Assembly (NCBI GenBank): GCA_965250285.1
Contig: OZ252299.1
Coordinates: forward strand, 4,448,001 to 4,512,000
Source of the DNA: Myxococcota bacterium
GTDB taxonomy: Bacteria > Myxococcota_A > UBA9160 > UBA4427
Direction: 5' to 3'
DNA length: 64,000 bases
A program made the position numbers and the translations under genes. A model generated the notes under the pieces. It saw only the letters and a list, made by a program, of their open reading frames with translations, was not told the origin of the DNA and made no database searches. This document shows positions 38,249 through 48,954 of the stretch, in pieces; positions within the stretch are counted from its first letter, which is position 1, and every line of letters begins with the position of its first letter.

Positions 38249-38833
38249 ATGTTCACGCCGATGACGAAGCGCGAGTGGCAGGCCCACCCCCGCTTCCCCT
38301 CACAGACGCTCCTGCTCGGCTCGCACGAGAACTTTCGCCAGGTGTCGGAGGTGCTCGTGGCCGAAGCCGAGGGCGGCGGCTTCGTGCGACCGATCGACCG
38401 GCTGTACCGACGCTGGATCGGGGCCATGCGCAGCCATGAAGCCTACGAAGAGGGGAAGCTCTACCCCTACCTCGAGCGTCGGTTTGCCACCTCGTTCGAG
38501 GCCGCCGAAGCCGGGCATCGGGCCCTGCACGCCGCTCATGACGGCGTCGTGAAGGCGCTCGCCGAGGCCCAGGGCGGCGACGATCCCCGGGCCACCGACG
38601 CGCTGCACCAGGCCCTCGCTCGACACGACGGCGTGCTGGGCACGCATCTCGACGTCGAGGAAGAGCTCGTGATCCCGATGCTGCTCGCGCTGTCGCCCGA
38701 CGAGTTCGTCGAGTACTGCGACACCCCGATCGACCAGCTGATGCTGCGCCTCGATGCGCGCTCGATCGAGGCCATGCGAAGCGAAACGCACGAAGAGACT
38801 CGAGAGGAGGCGAACGATGGGCCGGCTGGTTGA
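38249..38833 (+). CDS. Hemerythrin-like (HHE) domain protein
   Basis: GGAGGGG RBS; SHENF, SHEAYEEGKLYP, GHRALH, THLDVEEELVIP (HxxxE repeats). Confidence 0.75.
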   Translation: MFTPMTKREWQAHPRFPSQTLLLGSHENFRQVSEVLVAEAEGGGFVRPIDRLYRRWIGAMRSHEAYEEGKLYPYLERRFATSFEAAEAGHRALHAAHDGVVKALAEAQGGDDPRATDALHQALARHDGVLGTHLDVEEELVIPMLLALSPDEFVEYCDTPIDQLMLRLDARSIEAMRSETHEETREEANDGPAG

Positions 38834-39779
38834 CGGTGTCTGGAACGGCGAAGAAGAGCAGACGCGCATCGCTGAAGATGGAGCGTTCGTGCGAGGTGTG
38901 ACTTCGTTCCGGGGCCGCGTGTCGCGTGACCCCGGGGCGGAGTTCGCCGCCGAAGCCGGTCGCTACCACCTCTTCGTTGCGCACAACTGCCCCTGGGCCC
39001 ACCGTGCCGTCATCGTGCGCAACCTGAAGCAGCTGCAAGACACGATCGGTATGAGCGTCGCGAACACGCTCCGCAACGACGACGGCTGGTGGTACGCCGA
39101 AGGGCTCGACGACCATCAGCCCGTCGGCGGCCAGCTGCCCCTGCATCGTTTCTACTCGGCCGCCCGCGAGGCCTACACCGGCAGCGCCACCGTGCCGGTG
39201 CTGTGGGATCGCCGGCTCGGCACGATCGTGAACAACGAGTCGGCCGAGATCATCGAGATGCTGAACTCGGCGTTCGACGCCTTCGGTGACGCATCGGTCG
39301 ACCTCTATCCCGAGCCGCTGCGCGAAGGCATCGATGCGATCAACGAGCGGGTCTACGCCACCGTCAACAACGGCGTCTACAAGTGCGGCTTCGCGCGCAC
39401 GCAGGCCGCCTACGACGCGGCGGTGGTCCCACTCTTCGAGACGCTCGACGACATCGAGCAGACGCTCGCTCACGAGCGCTATCTCGTCGGTGACACGATG
39501 ACCCTCGCCGACGTGCGCCTCTTCACCACGCTCGCGCGCTTCGACGCCGTCTACTTCGGCCACTTCAAGTGCAACGTTCGGCGGATCGTCGACTACCCGA
39601 ATCTCTGGGCCTACACCCGTGATCTCTATCAGACGCCCGGGATCGGCGAGACGGTCCAGATCGACGTCTACAAGAAGGGCTACTACGGGCGCAGCCCGGG
39701 CATCAACCCGCGCGGGATCATCCCCTACGGCCCCGACCTCGACTTCGAGGCGCCGCACGGTCGCGCGGCGCTCTCTTGA
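38817..39779 (+). CDS. Glutathionyl-hydroquinone reductase (YqjG / GST Xi class)
   Basis: GRYHL...CPWAHR, TVPVLWD, IVNNESAEII, NNGVYKCGFA, RFDAVY..HFKCN, INPRGIIP. Confidence 0.92.
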   Translation: MGRLVDGVWNGEEEQTRIAEDGAFVRGVTSFRGRVSRDPGAEFAAEAGRYHLFVAHNCPWAHRAVIVRNLKQLQDTIGMSVANTLRNDDGWWYAEGLDDHQPVGGQLPLHRFYSAAREAYTGSATVPVLWDRRLGTIVNNESAEIIEMLNSAFDAFGDASVDLYPEPLREGIDAINERVYATVNNGVYKCGFARTQAAYDAAVVPLFETLDDIEQTLAHERYLVGDTMTLADVRLFTTLARFDAVYFGHFKCNVRRIVDYPNLWAYTRDLYQTPGIGETVQIDVYKKGYYGRSPGINPRGIIPYGPDLDFEAPHGRAALS

Positions 39780-39830
39780 GCACACCGCTCACTTCTTCAC
39801 CCCAATGACGAACCACCGAGGAGAACGACG

Positions 39831-40175
39831 ATGGACAATCGAGCAAACGTGCAGGCTGTGATCGACGGCATTCTGAAGGGCGAGATCCTGGAAACCTTCG
39901 ATCGCTACTACGCCGACGGCGTGATCATGAGCGAGAACGGCGTCGATGAGCGCGTCGGCAAGAGTGCGTGCCGCGCATACGAGGAGGCGTTCGTGAACGG
40001 CGTGACCTTCCACGGTGCCGAGGTCGGCGAGGTGCTGGTCGACGGCGACCGATCGGTCGTCGAGTGGGTCTTCGACCTGACGCCGAACGGCGGCGACCGC
40101 ACGTTCCAGAAGCAGGCGGCGGTGCAGACGTGGCGCGACGGCCAGATCGTTCGCGAGGTGTTCTACCACGGCTAG
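39831..40175 (+). CDS. SnoaL/NTF2-like protein
   Basis: FDRYYADGVIMSEN, AVQTWRDGQIVREVFYH; GAGGAG RBS. Confidence 0.85.
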   Translation: MDNRANVQAVIDGILKGEILETFDRYYADGVIMSENGVDERVGKSACRAYEEAFVNGVTFHGAEVGEVLVDGDRSVVEWVFDLTPNGGDRTFQKQAAVQTWRDGQIVREVFYHG

Positions 40176-40291
40176 CCTGGGCGTTGCGCGTCGAGCGACC
40201 CCCGGCTCGCCCGACCAAGCGACCGCAGTCTGCCAAGCCGAAGAGACCTTGCCTGGCTGCGGTCGCAGCGCGAGCCCGACTTGACCCAGTC

Positions 40292-40702
40292 TCAGTCGGG
40301 CCATTCCATGACCACCGAATCGGCCGAACGCACGGGCGTTCCATCCATCACGGCTTCGATGTTGTTGCCATCGGGGTCGAGGACGAACGCCGCGTAGTAG
40401 CCGGGCTTGTAGGGTCGGGGCCCCGGGGCTCCGTTGTCACGACCCCCTGCGCCGATCGCCGATCGGTGGAACGCGCGCACGGTGGCGTGATCGCGCGCCT
40501 GAAAGGCGATGTGCAAACCCGTGCTCGCCGGGGCACCGGGACCGAACGAGAACTCGTCGATCTGCACGTAGTCGCCGCGATCGTCGAAGGCGACGTCCAG
40601 CGCCTCGAAGACGGCGCGGTAGAAGCGCTTCGACGCTTCGAAGTCGCGAACGTGAATGTGAACGTGATCGAAGAGGCGTCCGAAGTGAAAGCGCTTCGAC
40701 AT
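40292..40702 (-). CDS. VOC/glyoxalase family protein
   Basis: DHVHIHVRDFEASKRFY, HIAF, GGRDNGAPGPR, YYAAFVLDPDGNNIEAV. Confidence 0.92.
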   Translation of the reverse strand: MSKRFHFGRLFDHVHIHVRDFEASKRFYRAVFEALDVAFDDRGDYVQIDEFSFGPGAPASTGLHIAFQARDHATVRAFHRSAIGAGGRDNGAPGPRPYKPGYYAAFVLDPDGNNIEAVMDGTPVRSADSVVMEWPD

Positions 40703-40830
40703 CGGTTCGCTCCTTTTCGCGTGTCGCGCTGCGAGCGTAGCCCCGCATGCGGTCGGCCGACCACGCGCCCGCTGCATCCCATGTGGCGAACGCGTTCGAC
40801 ATGCTTTCGCGAGCGCGCGACCATCAGCGG

Positions 40831-41253
40831 ATGGACACCTTCTCCCTGACCCCTCAGGCCATCGACGAGGCCGTGCGCCAGTCGTGGACCGATCGACCGA
40901 ATCGCTGCCTCGAGATCTCGCCGACGCATGCGCTCGCCGTGCAGGAGATCGACCCTGATCGGCTGCGCCCCGGCGCGCTCGTGCCGGGGCCGACGCTCTT
41001 CGCTCTGGCCGATCTGGTGCTCTGGTACCTCACGTTCGGCGCGATCGATCGCATCGAACCCATGGCCCTCACGTCCGACCTGTCGATTCGCTTCCTGCGC
41101 CCGGCCCAGGGCGAGAAGGCCTACGCCCGAGCAGACCTGGAGAAAGCCGGGCGCCTGATGGTGATCGGGACGGTGAGGATCTGGATGGACGACGAGCCCG
41201 ACCGCCTCGTGGCGACCGCGCAGGGCACCTACGTCTTGCCACGGGAGTCGTAG
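40831..41253 (+). CDS. PaaI family thioesterase (hotdog fold)
   Basis: LRPGALVPGPTLFALAD, ALTSDLSIRFLRPA, VATAQGTY. Confidence 0.88.
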   Translation: MDTFSLTPQAIDEAVRQSWTDRPNRCLEISPTHALAVQEIDPDRLRPGALVPGPTLFALADLVLWYLTFGAIDRIEPMALTSDLSIRFLRPAQGEKAYARADLEKAGRLMVIGTVRIWMDDEPDRLVATAQGTYVLPRES

Positions 41254-41389
41254 CCCGACACCAACCCGTGTGCGGCCGGAGGCGTGCCTCGAATCAGACC
41301 TCGACGACACCGTGCTCGAGGCCGCCTACTCCAGCATCGAACCGAAGCGCCGCAACCGAGCGCTCGTGCGCCGACACGAAGAGGATCGC

Positions 41390-42034
41390 ATGGTGGCAAC
41401 GCATCACCCCCTCGACCATCTGGTCTACGCCGTCCCGTCTCTTGCGGAGGCCGTGGAGCACTTTGATCGAGCGCTCGGCGTGAGGCCCTCGCTCGGCGGT
41501 CGACATGAGGCATTCGGCAGCCACAATGCGATCCTGCCGATGCAGGGTGAGAGCTACGTCGAGCTGATCGCGCTCGACCCCGAGAACCCCGAGCCGCCGC
41601 AGGCGCCGCCCTTCGGCCTCGCCGAGCTGCGCGAAGCGCGACTCGTCACGTGGGCCGTACGCAGCGTCGACATCGACGCCAGCGCCGAGAAAGCGAAGGC
41701 GGCGGGCTACGACCCGGGTCTCATCGTTCCCGTTTCACGGCTGGCCCCGGATGGGACGCGGCTCGAGTGGAAGCTCAGCCTTCGGCCGCGCCCGACCGGT
41801 GACGGTCTCGTGCCCTTCGTGATCGACTGGGGATCGACGCCGCATCCCTCGAACGACGGCGGTTCAGATGATCAGAGGTGCCAGCTGCAGTCGTTTCAGG
41901 CGGTGCATCCCGAACCCGAGCCCGTCCGCCACGACCTCCGCGCTCTCGGCGCACAGCTCGAAGTCGGGATGGGCACGCAGCCCGGTCTACGCGCCGTGCT
42001 CGAGGGGCCGGGCGGGACGCTGGAGCTTCGCTGA
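41390..42034 (+). CDS. VOC family protein (Glyoxalase_3-like)
   Basis: LDHLVYAVPSL, GGRHEAFGSHNA, YVELIALDP, PFVIDWG..PHPS. Confidence 0.88.
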   Translation: MVATHHPLDHLVYAVPSLAEAVEHFDRALGVRPSLGGRHEAFGSHNAILPMQGESYVELIALDPENPEPPQAPPFGLAELREARLVTWAVRSVDIDASAEKAKAAGYDPGLIVPVSRLAPDGTRLEWKLSLRPRPTGDGLVPFVIDWGSTPHPSNDGGSDDQRCQLQSFQAVHPEPEPVRHDLRALGAQLEVGMGTQPGLRAVLEGPGGTLELR

Positions 42035-42193
42035 ACCGGCTCGAGGCGCGCGGGGCACGACCGATCGCGGCGCCGGAGCGGGCGGAAGCCCGCGATTCGA
42101 CTGACGCATCGGCGTTCGACGTCCAAAACCCCCCATGCGCGACACGACGCCATCGTGCGACCTTCTCAGCGCCTCATGACGGAGGGGCCGTGC

Positions 42194-43441
42194 ATGGACG
42201 TCCACTCGATGAGTGTCAGGGCCCGGCGCGCGTTCAATGCGAGCTTCGTGGCGATGGTCGTCGGGCTCCCACTGCTCACGTGGTACTTCGCCGTCGCCTT
42301 CGTGTCCCACGACGCCACACTCGTCTGGCCCGACGCCGCCTTCTGGCGATCGGTCGAGCCACCCAGTGCTCCCGTCGTCGCCGCGTATCTCGGCTGGCTC
42401 GCCCTTCAGGCGGCGCTGTTCGCGTGGCTCCCGGGCCGAACGACGACCGGCGTCGTCGAGCCCGACGGACGGCGGCATCGCTATCGGCTGAACGGGTTCA
42501 TGGCGCTCTCGGTGACGGTCGGCGCGGCCGTCGCCGCCGTTGTCGCCGGGCTCGTGCCCGGCGGCATATTCTACGACGTCTGGGGTGCGCTCGTCACGAC
42601 GGCGAACATCACGGTGCTCGTCGGCTGCGTCGCCGTCTGTGCGATCGGCCGCCGACAGGCGACGCCCGACGAGCGCCGGCTCAACTGGCTCGAGGCGTAC
42701 ACGCTCGGCGCATGCCGCAACCCGCGCGTCGGGCGCTTCGACCTCAAGTTCTTCTGCGAGTCGCGTCCGAGCATGATCCTCTGGGTGCTGATCGATCTCT
42801 CGCTCGCTGCGAAACAGTTCGAGCTACACGGCACGGTCAGCAACGCGATGATCCTCGTCTGCGCCTTCCAGATCCTCTACGTCGCTGACTACTTCTGGTT
42901 CGAGGACGCGATCCTCTCGACCTGGGACATCAAGAACGAGAACTTCGGGTTCATGCTGGGGTGGGGCTGTCTGGTCTGGATCCCGTTCTCCTATGCGCTG
43001 CAGCCGCTCTACCTGGTCCACCACCCCGAGCCCCTGCCGGCCCTCGGCGCCGCAGGCATCTTCGCGTTGAACGCGCTCGGCTTCTTGATCTTTCGCAGCT
43101 CGAATCTGCAGAAGCACCGCTTCTCGAGTGACCCGACGCGAGAGATCTGGGGACGCAAGCCCGAGGTCATCGAGACCGAGCAGGGCAATCGGCTGTTGGC
43201 GTCCGGCTGGTGGGGCCTGTCGCGACACGCCAACTACCTGGGCGACTGGTTGATGGGGCTGTCGTGGTCTCTGACCACCGGTTTCGGGGCGCTCCTGCCC
43301 TATTTCTACCCGATCTACTTCGCCATTCTTCTGCTTCACCGCGAGTGGCGAGACAACCGGCACTGCGCGGCGAAGTACGGCGACGACTGGCGCCGCTACA
43401 CCCAGCGCGTGCGCTGGCGGATCGTTCCCTGGGTCTACTGA
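42194..43441 (+). CDS. ERG4/ERG24 family sterol reductase (delta14-sterol reductase/LBR/DHCR7-like)
   Basis: YRLNG, NPRVGRFDLKFFCESRP, TWDI..ENFGFML.WG, LLASGWWGLSRHANYLGD, LLHREWRD..HCAAKYG..WRRY..RV.WRIVPWVY; GGAGGGG RBS. Confidence 0.9.
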   Translation: MDVHSMSVRARRAFNASFVAMVVGLPLLTWYFAVAFVSHDATLVWPDAAFWRSVEPPSAPVVAAYLGWLALQAALFAWLPGRTTTGVVEPDGRRHRYRLNGFMALSVTVGAAVAAVVAGLVPGGIFYDVWGALVTTANITVLVGCVAVCAIGRRQATPDERRLNWLEAYTLGACRNPRVGRFDLKFFCESRPSMILWVLIDLSLAAKQFELHGTVSNAMILVCAFQILYVADYFWFEDAILSTWDIKNENFGFMLGWGCLVWIPFSYALQPLYLVHHPEPLPALGAAGIFALNALGFLIFRSSNLQKHRFSSDPTREIWGRKPEVIETEQGNRLLASGWWGLSRHANYLGDWLMGLSWSLTTGFGALLPYFYPIYFAILLLHREWRDNRHCAAKYGDDWRRYTQRVRWRIVPWVY

Positions 43442-43557
43442 GGCGAATCATCGGCGGTGCTTCGTGCGCAGGCGGTCGCTAGCCTCGGTCGGGTCGATCG
43501 CTGCACCGGCGCCGTGACACGCGAGCTCATGGCCGTCGAGATACGGAGGAGGCTTCG

Positions 43558-44538
43558 ATGGCGCCCTGGCTCGTCGATGGCCTCGTGCTCGCATTCGGGA
43601 TCGCGCTCCTCATCGGGGGCGGCGAGTCGCTCGTTCGCGGCGCTGCGGCGCTGGCCCGACGACTCGGTGTGTCTCCACTCGTCGTCGGGCTCACGGTGGT
43701 CGCGTTCGGCACCAGCGCACCCGAGCTCGCAGTGAACCTCACGGCGGCGGTCGGCGGCTCGGGCGCGATGGCCTTCGGCAGCGTGGTCGGATCGAACCTC
43801 GCGAACATCGGCCTGATCCTCGCGTGCTCGGGCATCTTCCGTCGACTCTCGATCGAGAGCAGCGTCATCACGCGCGAGATCCCGATGATGCTGCTGGCGA
43901 GCATCGCCACCCTGATCATGGGCCTCGATGCGCTCCGCGCAGCGCCTTCGTCGAAGTACGACCGGGCCGATGGCCTGCTGCTGCTGCTCTTCTTCACGGT
44001 CTTCATCTACTACACCGTCGCAGCCAACCTGCGAAAGCGAAGCGAGGACACATTCGTCGAGCAGGTCCGCGACCAGCCGCTCGGCAAGCAGCGCGCGACG
44101 GTGCTGGGCGAGATCGGCTTCCTGATCGCCGGGATGCTCGGGCTCGCCCTCGGCGGCCGCTTCACCGTTTCGGGCGCCGTCGGCGTCGCCACGGCGCTCG
44201 GCGCACCGAAGGGCCTCATCGGTTTGACCGTCGTCGCGGTCGGCACGAGCCTCCCGGAGCTGAGCGCCAGCATCATCGCGGCCCGACGCGGCGAATCGGA
44301 TCTCGCGATCGGCAACGTCGTGGGCTCGAACATCTTCAACCTGCTCTTCGTGCTGGGGCTCACGGCGTGCGTGAGCCCCGTCCCCGTGCCCGTCGACGGC
44401 TTCGCCGATCTGATCGTCATGCTCGGTTTCACGGGTGCCTTGCTCGGCTTCAGCCTGCTGCGCGGCCACATCGGGCGCCGCGAGGGTCTGACCCTCTTGA
44501 TCTCGTACCTCGGCTACATCACGTGGCGCGTGGCGTAG
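43558..44538 (+). CDS. Calcium/sodium antiporter (YrbG-like)
   Basis: Two alpha repeats GLTVVAFGTSAPE and GLTVVAVGTSLPE; GNVVGSNIFN. Confidence 0.93.
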   Translation: MAPWLVDGLVLAFGIALLIGGGESLVRGAAALARRLGVSPLVVGLTVVAFGTSAPELAVNLTAAVGGSGAMAFGSVVGSNLANIGLILACSGIFRRLSIESSVITREIPMMLLASIATLIMGLDALRAAPSSKYDRADGLLLLLFFTVFIYYTVAANLRKRSEDTFVEQVRDQPLGKQRATVLGEIGFLIAGMLGLALGGRFTVSGAVGVATALGAPKGLIGLTVVAVGTSLPELSASIIAARRGESDLAIGNVVGSNIFNLLFVLGLTACVSPVPVPVDGFADLIVMLGFTGALLGFSLLRGHIGRREGLTLLISYLGYITWRVA

Positions 44539-44584
44539 CGCGAACGCGACGGATGCCGGACGAGCCCGCGAGCGCGGGGCGGGA

Positions 44585-47500
44585 TCATGCCCCCTGCGAT
44601 CGCGCGTGGTCGCTCGACTCGGGTTCACGCGAACGTCGTCCCAGCCGTTGACACAGCACGTAGAAGACGGGCGTGAAGAGCAAGCCGAGGATCGTCACGC
44701 CCAGCATCCCCGAGAAGACCGTGATGCCCAGCGCCCGCCGCATCTCGGCGCCCGGCCCGGTCGCGATGACGAGCGGCACGACGCCCAGAATGAACGAGAG
44801 CGCGGTCATCAAAATGGGGCGGAGCCGCAGCCGGGCTGCTTCGATCGCCGCCTGCTCGGGCGAGGCGCCCTCGTCTTCGCGCTGCTTGGCGAACTCGACG
44901 ATGAGAATCGCGTTCTTCGCAGCCAGACCGACGAGCACGATGAGGCCGACCTGCACCAGGATGTTGTTGTCCCAACCCGTGAGCCAGATGCCCAACATCG
45001 CGAAGAGCAGGCCCATGGGTACGATGAGCACGACGGCGAGGGGCAGCCGAAAGCTCTCGTACTGGGCCGCGAGCAGCAGGAACACGAAGAGCGCGGCGAG
45101 CGCGAACACGAACACGCCGCTGTCACCCGCGAGCTTCTGCTGCAAGGCCAGCTCGGTCCACTCGAAGCTGAGCCCGTCGGGCAACCGCTCCGAGGCCAGC
45201 TGTTCGAGCTGGTCGATCGCATCCCCCGTGCTGGTGCCGGGCAACGTGTTGCCGTAGACCGAAGCGGCCGGGTAGAGGTTGTAGCGACTCACCCTGTACG
45301 GAACGGTTCGGTACTCGGTGCGAGCAACGCTACCAAGCGGCACGGCCTCGCCGAACGCGTTTCGTGTGCGCAGCGCAAGCAGATCTTCGGGCGTCTGTCG
45401 GTAGGGCTCGTCGGCCTGTGCGGTCACGCGAAACGTGCGGCCCAGAAAATTGAAGTCGTTCACGAAGGCCGAGCCGAAGTAGATCTCGACCGCGTCGAAG
45501 ACACCCGAAACAGGCACGTTCAATCGGCGCGCCCGTTCGCGATCGATGTCGAGGAAGAGCTGCGGCGTCGCCGTATTGAAGAGCGTGAACACCCCCGTGA
45601 GCCCCTCGCTCTCGCTCGCGGCGTCGACGATGTCGCGCGTCGACGATTCGAGCAGCTCCAGCCCTCGACCCTCGCGATCCTGGATCATCATCCGAAAGCC
45701 GCCGGCGTTGCCGATGCCTCGAACAGGCGGCGGCTCGATGACCAGAACGAAAGCCTCCGGGGTCTCAGCCGCGACGTCCCACGCGGCATCGACCAGCTCC
45801 CTGAACCCGATCCCACGACTTTCACGATCCTCGAACGACGCGAACGTCGCGAAGATCGTGGCGGCGTTCGGGGCGTTCGTGAACGTCGCGCCCGAGAAGC
45901 CAGCGAAACCGACGGCGTTCTCGATGCCATCGACCTCGAGCAGACGGGCGGTCACGTCCTGCGTTACCGCGTCGGTTCGATCGAGGTCGGCGCCCGGAGG
46001 CAGCTCGATCGAGACGATCACGTAACCCTGATCCTGCGCGGGAATGAAGCCAGCCGGCACGATCCCGAACTGCAGAACCGCGAGGGCAACGAGCCCGACG
46101 TAGACGAGGGCTGCGATCGCCGACCGACGCCCAATGCCGCCCACGACCCTGGCGTACGTGCCCGAGACGCGGTGAAGGCCTCGGTTGAACGGGCCGAACA
46201 CCCGCGCCGCGAGTCCCGACTCGTCTGACTCGTCTCGAGGCTCGAGCAGGAGCGCGGCCAGGGCCGGACTGAGCGTAAGTGAGACCGCGACCGAGATCAT
46301 CGTCGCGGTTGCGATCGTCAGTGCGAACTGCCGAAAGAACTGCCCCGAGATCCCGGTCACGAAGGCCGCGGGCACGAAGACGGCCACCAGCACCAGGCCG
46401 AGCGCCACCAGCGCGCTGCCCACCTCGTCCATTGTGCGGTGCGCGGCGTCTCGCGCCCCGAGCCCTTCTTGGATGTTTCGCTCGACGTTCTCGACCACCA
46501 CGATCGCATCGTCCACGACGATTCCGATCGCGAGCACGAGGCCGAAGAGCGTCAGGTTGTTCAGGCTGAAGCCGAAGGCGGACATGACCGCGAACGTGCC
46601 GACCAGCGACACGGGGATCGCCACCACCGGTATGATCGCCGCACGCCAGCTCTGCAGGAACAGCACGATGACGAGCGCGACGAGGAAGACGGCCTCGAAG
46701 ATCGTCTCGATGACCGCGTCGACTGACTTCGCGATGAACTCGGTCGGGTTGTAGACGATCGCGTACTCGAGATCGTCGGGGAAGCTCTGGGCGAGCTCGG
46801 CCATCGTTGCCTGCAGCTCGGCGGCGGTCTCGAGCGCATTCGTGCCGGGCGTCTGAAAGATCGGCAACGCAATGGCAGGTTGATTCGCCAGATACCCGCG
46901 CGTCGAGTAGCTCTGCGCGCCGAGCTCGACCCGCGCGACGTCGCGAAGACGCACGATCCGACCGTCGTCTTCGGCCTTGACCACGATCTCCTCGAACTCT
47001 TCGGGCCGAATCAACCGCCCACGCGCCTGCACGCCGATCTCGAAGGCAAGAGGGGTCGAGGAGGGCGCCTGATTCATCGAACCGGCCGCGACCTGCACGT
47101 TCTGGCTGCGCAACGCGTTCACGACCTCACCCGCGGTCAACCCGACCGAGTTCACACGCTGGGGATCGAGCCAGACCCGCATCGCGTACTCACTGGCGCC
47201 GAAGAGTCGAATCTGTCCGACCCCGTTGATGCGCGCCAGGCGATCTCGGATCTGAAGCGTCGCGTAGTTGGCGATGTACAGCTGGTCATAGGTGTCATTG
47301 GGCGAGTAGAGGTTCACGACCATCATCAGGTCGGGCGAACTCTTCTGAGTCACGACGCCCAGACGACGCACCTCTTCGGGCAGACGGGGCTCGGCGATCG
47401 CGACGCGGTTCTGAACGAGCACCTGGGCTTCGTCGAGATCGGTCCCGAGCGCGAACGTGACGGCGAGGCTGAGCGCGCCATCGCCCGTCGAGTTGGAGCT

Positions 47501-47740
47501 CATGTAGAGCATGTTCTCCACCCCGTTGATCTCTTGCTCGAGCGGAGTGGCGACGGTGTTCGCGACGGTCTCAGCCGATGCGCCAGGGTAGGTCGCCGTC
47601 ACCTGGATGGTCGGCGGTGCGATCTCGGGGTACTGGGTCACGGGGAGACCCACGTAGGCGAGCCCACCCAAGAGGAAGATGACGACCGAGAGGACCGCCG
47701 CGAAGATCGGTCGCTCGATGAAGAAGTGCGTGAAGCTCAC
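44585..47740 (-). CDS. RND efflux permease (HAE1 family)
   Basis: FFIERPIFAAV, LAIGIVVDDAIVVVENVER, GLAAKNAILIVEFA, RLRPILMT. Confidence 0.96.
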   Translation of the reverse strand: MSFTHFFIERPIFAAVLSVVIFLLGGLAYVGLPVTQYPEIAPPTIQVTATYPGASAETVANTVATPLEQEINGVENMLYMSSNSTGDGALSLAVTFALGTDLDEAQVLVQNRVAIAEPRLPEEVRRLGVVTQKSSPDLMMVVNLYSPNDTYDQLYIANYATLQIRDRLARINGVGQIRLFGASEYAMRVWLDPQRVNSVGLTAGEVVNALRSQNVQVAAGSMNQAPSSTPLAFEIGVQARGRLIRPEEFEEIVVKAEDDGRIVRLRDVARVELGAQSYSTRGYLANQPAIALPIFQTPGTNALETAAELQATMAELAQSFPDDLEYAIVYNPTEFIAKSVDAVIETIFEAVFLVALVIVLFLQSWRAAIIPVVAIPVSLVGTFAVMSAFGFSLNNLTLFGLVLAIGIVVDDAIVVVENVERNIQEGLGARDAAHRTMDEVGSALVALGLVLVAVFVPAAFVTGISGQFFRQFALTIATATMISVAVSLTLSPALAALLLEPRDESDESGLAARVFGPFNRGLHRVSGTYARVVGGIGRRSAIAALVYVGLVALAVLQFGIVPAGFIPAQDQGYVIVSIELPPGADLDRTDAVTQDVTARLLEVDGIENAVGFAGFSGATFTNAPNAATIFATFASFEDRESRGIGFRELVDAAWDVAAETPEAFVLVIEPPPVRGIGNAGGFRMMIQDREGRGLELLESSTRDIVDAASESEGLTGVFTLFNTATPQLFLDIDRERARRLNVPVSGVFDAVEIYFGSAFVNDFNFLGRTFRVTAQADEPYRQTPEDLLALRTRNAFGEAVPLGSVARTEYRTVPYRVSRYNLYPAASVYGNTLPGTSTGDAIDQLEQLASERLPDGLSFEWTELALQQKLAGDSGVFVFALAALFVFLLLAAQYESFRLPLAVVLIVPMGLLFAMLGIWLTGWDNNILVQVGLIVLVGLAAKNAILIVEFAKQREDEGASPEQAAIEAARLRLRPILMTALSFILGVVPLVIATGPGAEMRRALGITVFSGMLGVTILGLLFTPVFYVLCQRLGRRSREPESSDHARSQGA

Positions 47741-48954
47741 CGGGCACCAGCAGCTTCGGTCGCCGATTCGTCCTGCATCGGGCGTGCCGCGTTGCCGATT
47801 CGAACCCGGTGGAAGGCGCCGGAGATCACCTGCTCATCCCCGGTCAGCCCTTCGCGGATGATGCGCCTGCCTTCGTGTATCGGACCGAGCACGACGAATC
47901 GGCGCCGTACGACGCCCTCGTCGTCGAGCACGAATACGAACTGACGCGCCTGATCGAACTGGATCACCTCGTCCGGTACGAGCACCGCTTCGTAGAGCCC
48001 GCTGCCCTGCAGCCTGAGACGACCGAACACGCCGGGCTGGAGGAAGCTGCCCGGGTTCGCCAACACGGCGCGTCCCTCGAGCGTGCCGGAGCTCGGGTCG
48101 AGCTCGTTGTCGACGAAATCCATCACACCATGGTGTACGAACTCGTCCTCGTCGAGCAGCTTGATGGCCACCGCGTTCGGGGTCGTGCGTGAGCTGGCGC
48201 GGGCGCCGCTCTCGTTCAGTCGGGTGTACTTCAGGTACGCGGCCTCGCTCGCCTCGAACACGAAGTAGATCGGATCCTCTTGAACGATCGTCGTCAGCAG
48301 CGTCGCCGAAGCGTTGCCGCCGCTGATGAGGTTGCCGGCATCGACCATCCGCTCGCCCACGCGACCGGCGATGGGTGCACGGACCTCCGTCCACTCGAGA
48401 TCGAGCTCAGCCTGTGCCAAAGCGGCGCGGCGATTTGCCACACGCGCTGCGGCACTCTGCTGCTCGGCGAGCCTCTCGTCGAATTGGTCCTGTGGAATCG
48501 TGCGCGTCTCGATCAGGCGCTTCGCTCGCTCGACCTCGACTTCGGCGAGATCGCGTCTCGAGATCGCCTCTTGCAGATCGGCTCGCGCAGCGTCGAGCGC
48601 GATGCGGAAGGGTCGCTGATCGATGACGAAGAGCAGCGCGCCCTTTTCGACGACCTGCCCCTCCTGGAGCGCGACCTCATCAAGGAACCCGCTGACGCGC
48701 GCGCGCACCTCGACCCGGCGAACCGCCTGGAATCGCCCTGTGTATTCGTCGTACTCGACCAGCTCCCGGCGCTCGGGCCGAACGATGGGCAGCTCGAGTG
48801 GCTCGTCCGAGGGCGATTGCGCCCAAATCGGCGCGGCGACCCACATCGAGAGGACCGCGACGATTGCGGCAGCGAACGCTGCCTTGACACGTCGGTTGTC
48901 AGCGAGGATGCTCGCCGCGACACGGAGGTGAGCTGTGCGATCGCTTGGGCGCAT
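47737..48954 (-). CDS. RND efflux periplasmic adaptor (MFP); start uncertain
   Basis: [49 protein letters not shown]. Confidence 0.88.
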   Translation of the reverse strand: MRPSDRTAHLRVAASILADNRRVKAAFAAAIVAVLSMWVAAPIWAQSPSDEPLELPIVRPERRELVEYDEYTGRFQAVRRVEVRARVSGFLDEVALQEGQVVEKGALLFVIDQRPFRIALDAARADLQEAISRRDLAEVEVERAKRLIETRTIPQDQFDERLAEQQSAAARVANRRAALAQAELDLEWTEVRAPIAGRVGERMVDAGNLISGGNASATLLTTIVQEDPIYFVFEASEAAYLKYTRLNESGARASSRTTPNAVAIKLLDEDEFVHHGVMDFVDNELDPSSGTLEGRAVLANPGSFLQPGVFGRLRLQGSGLYEAVLVPDEVIQFDQARQFVFVLDDEGVVRRRFVVLGPIHEGRRIIREGLTGDEQVISGAFHRVRIGNAARPMQDESATEAAGAR

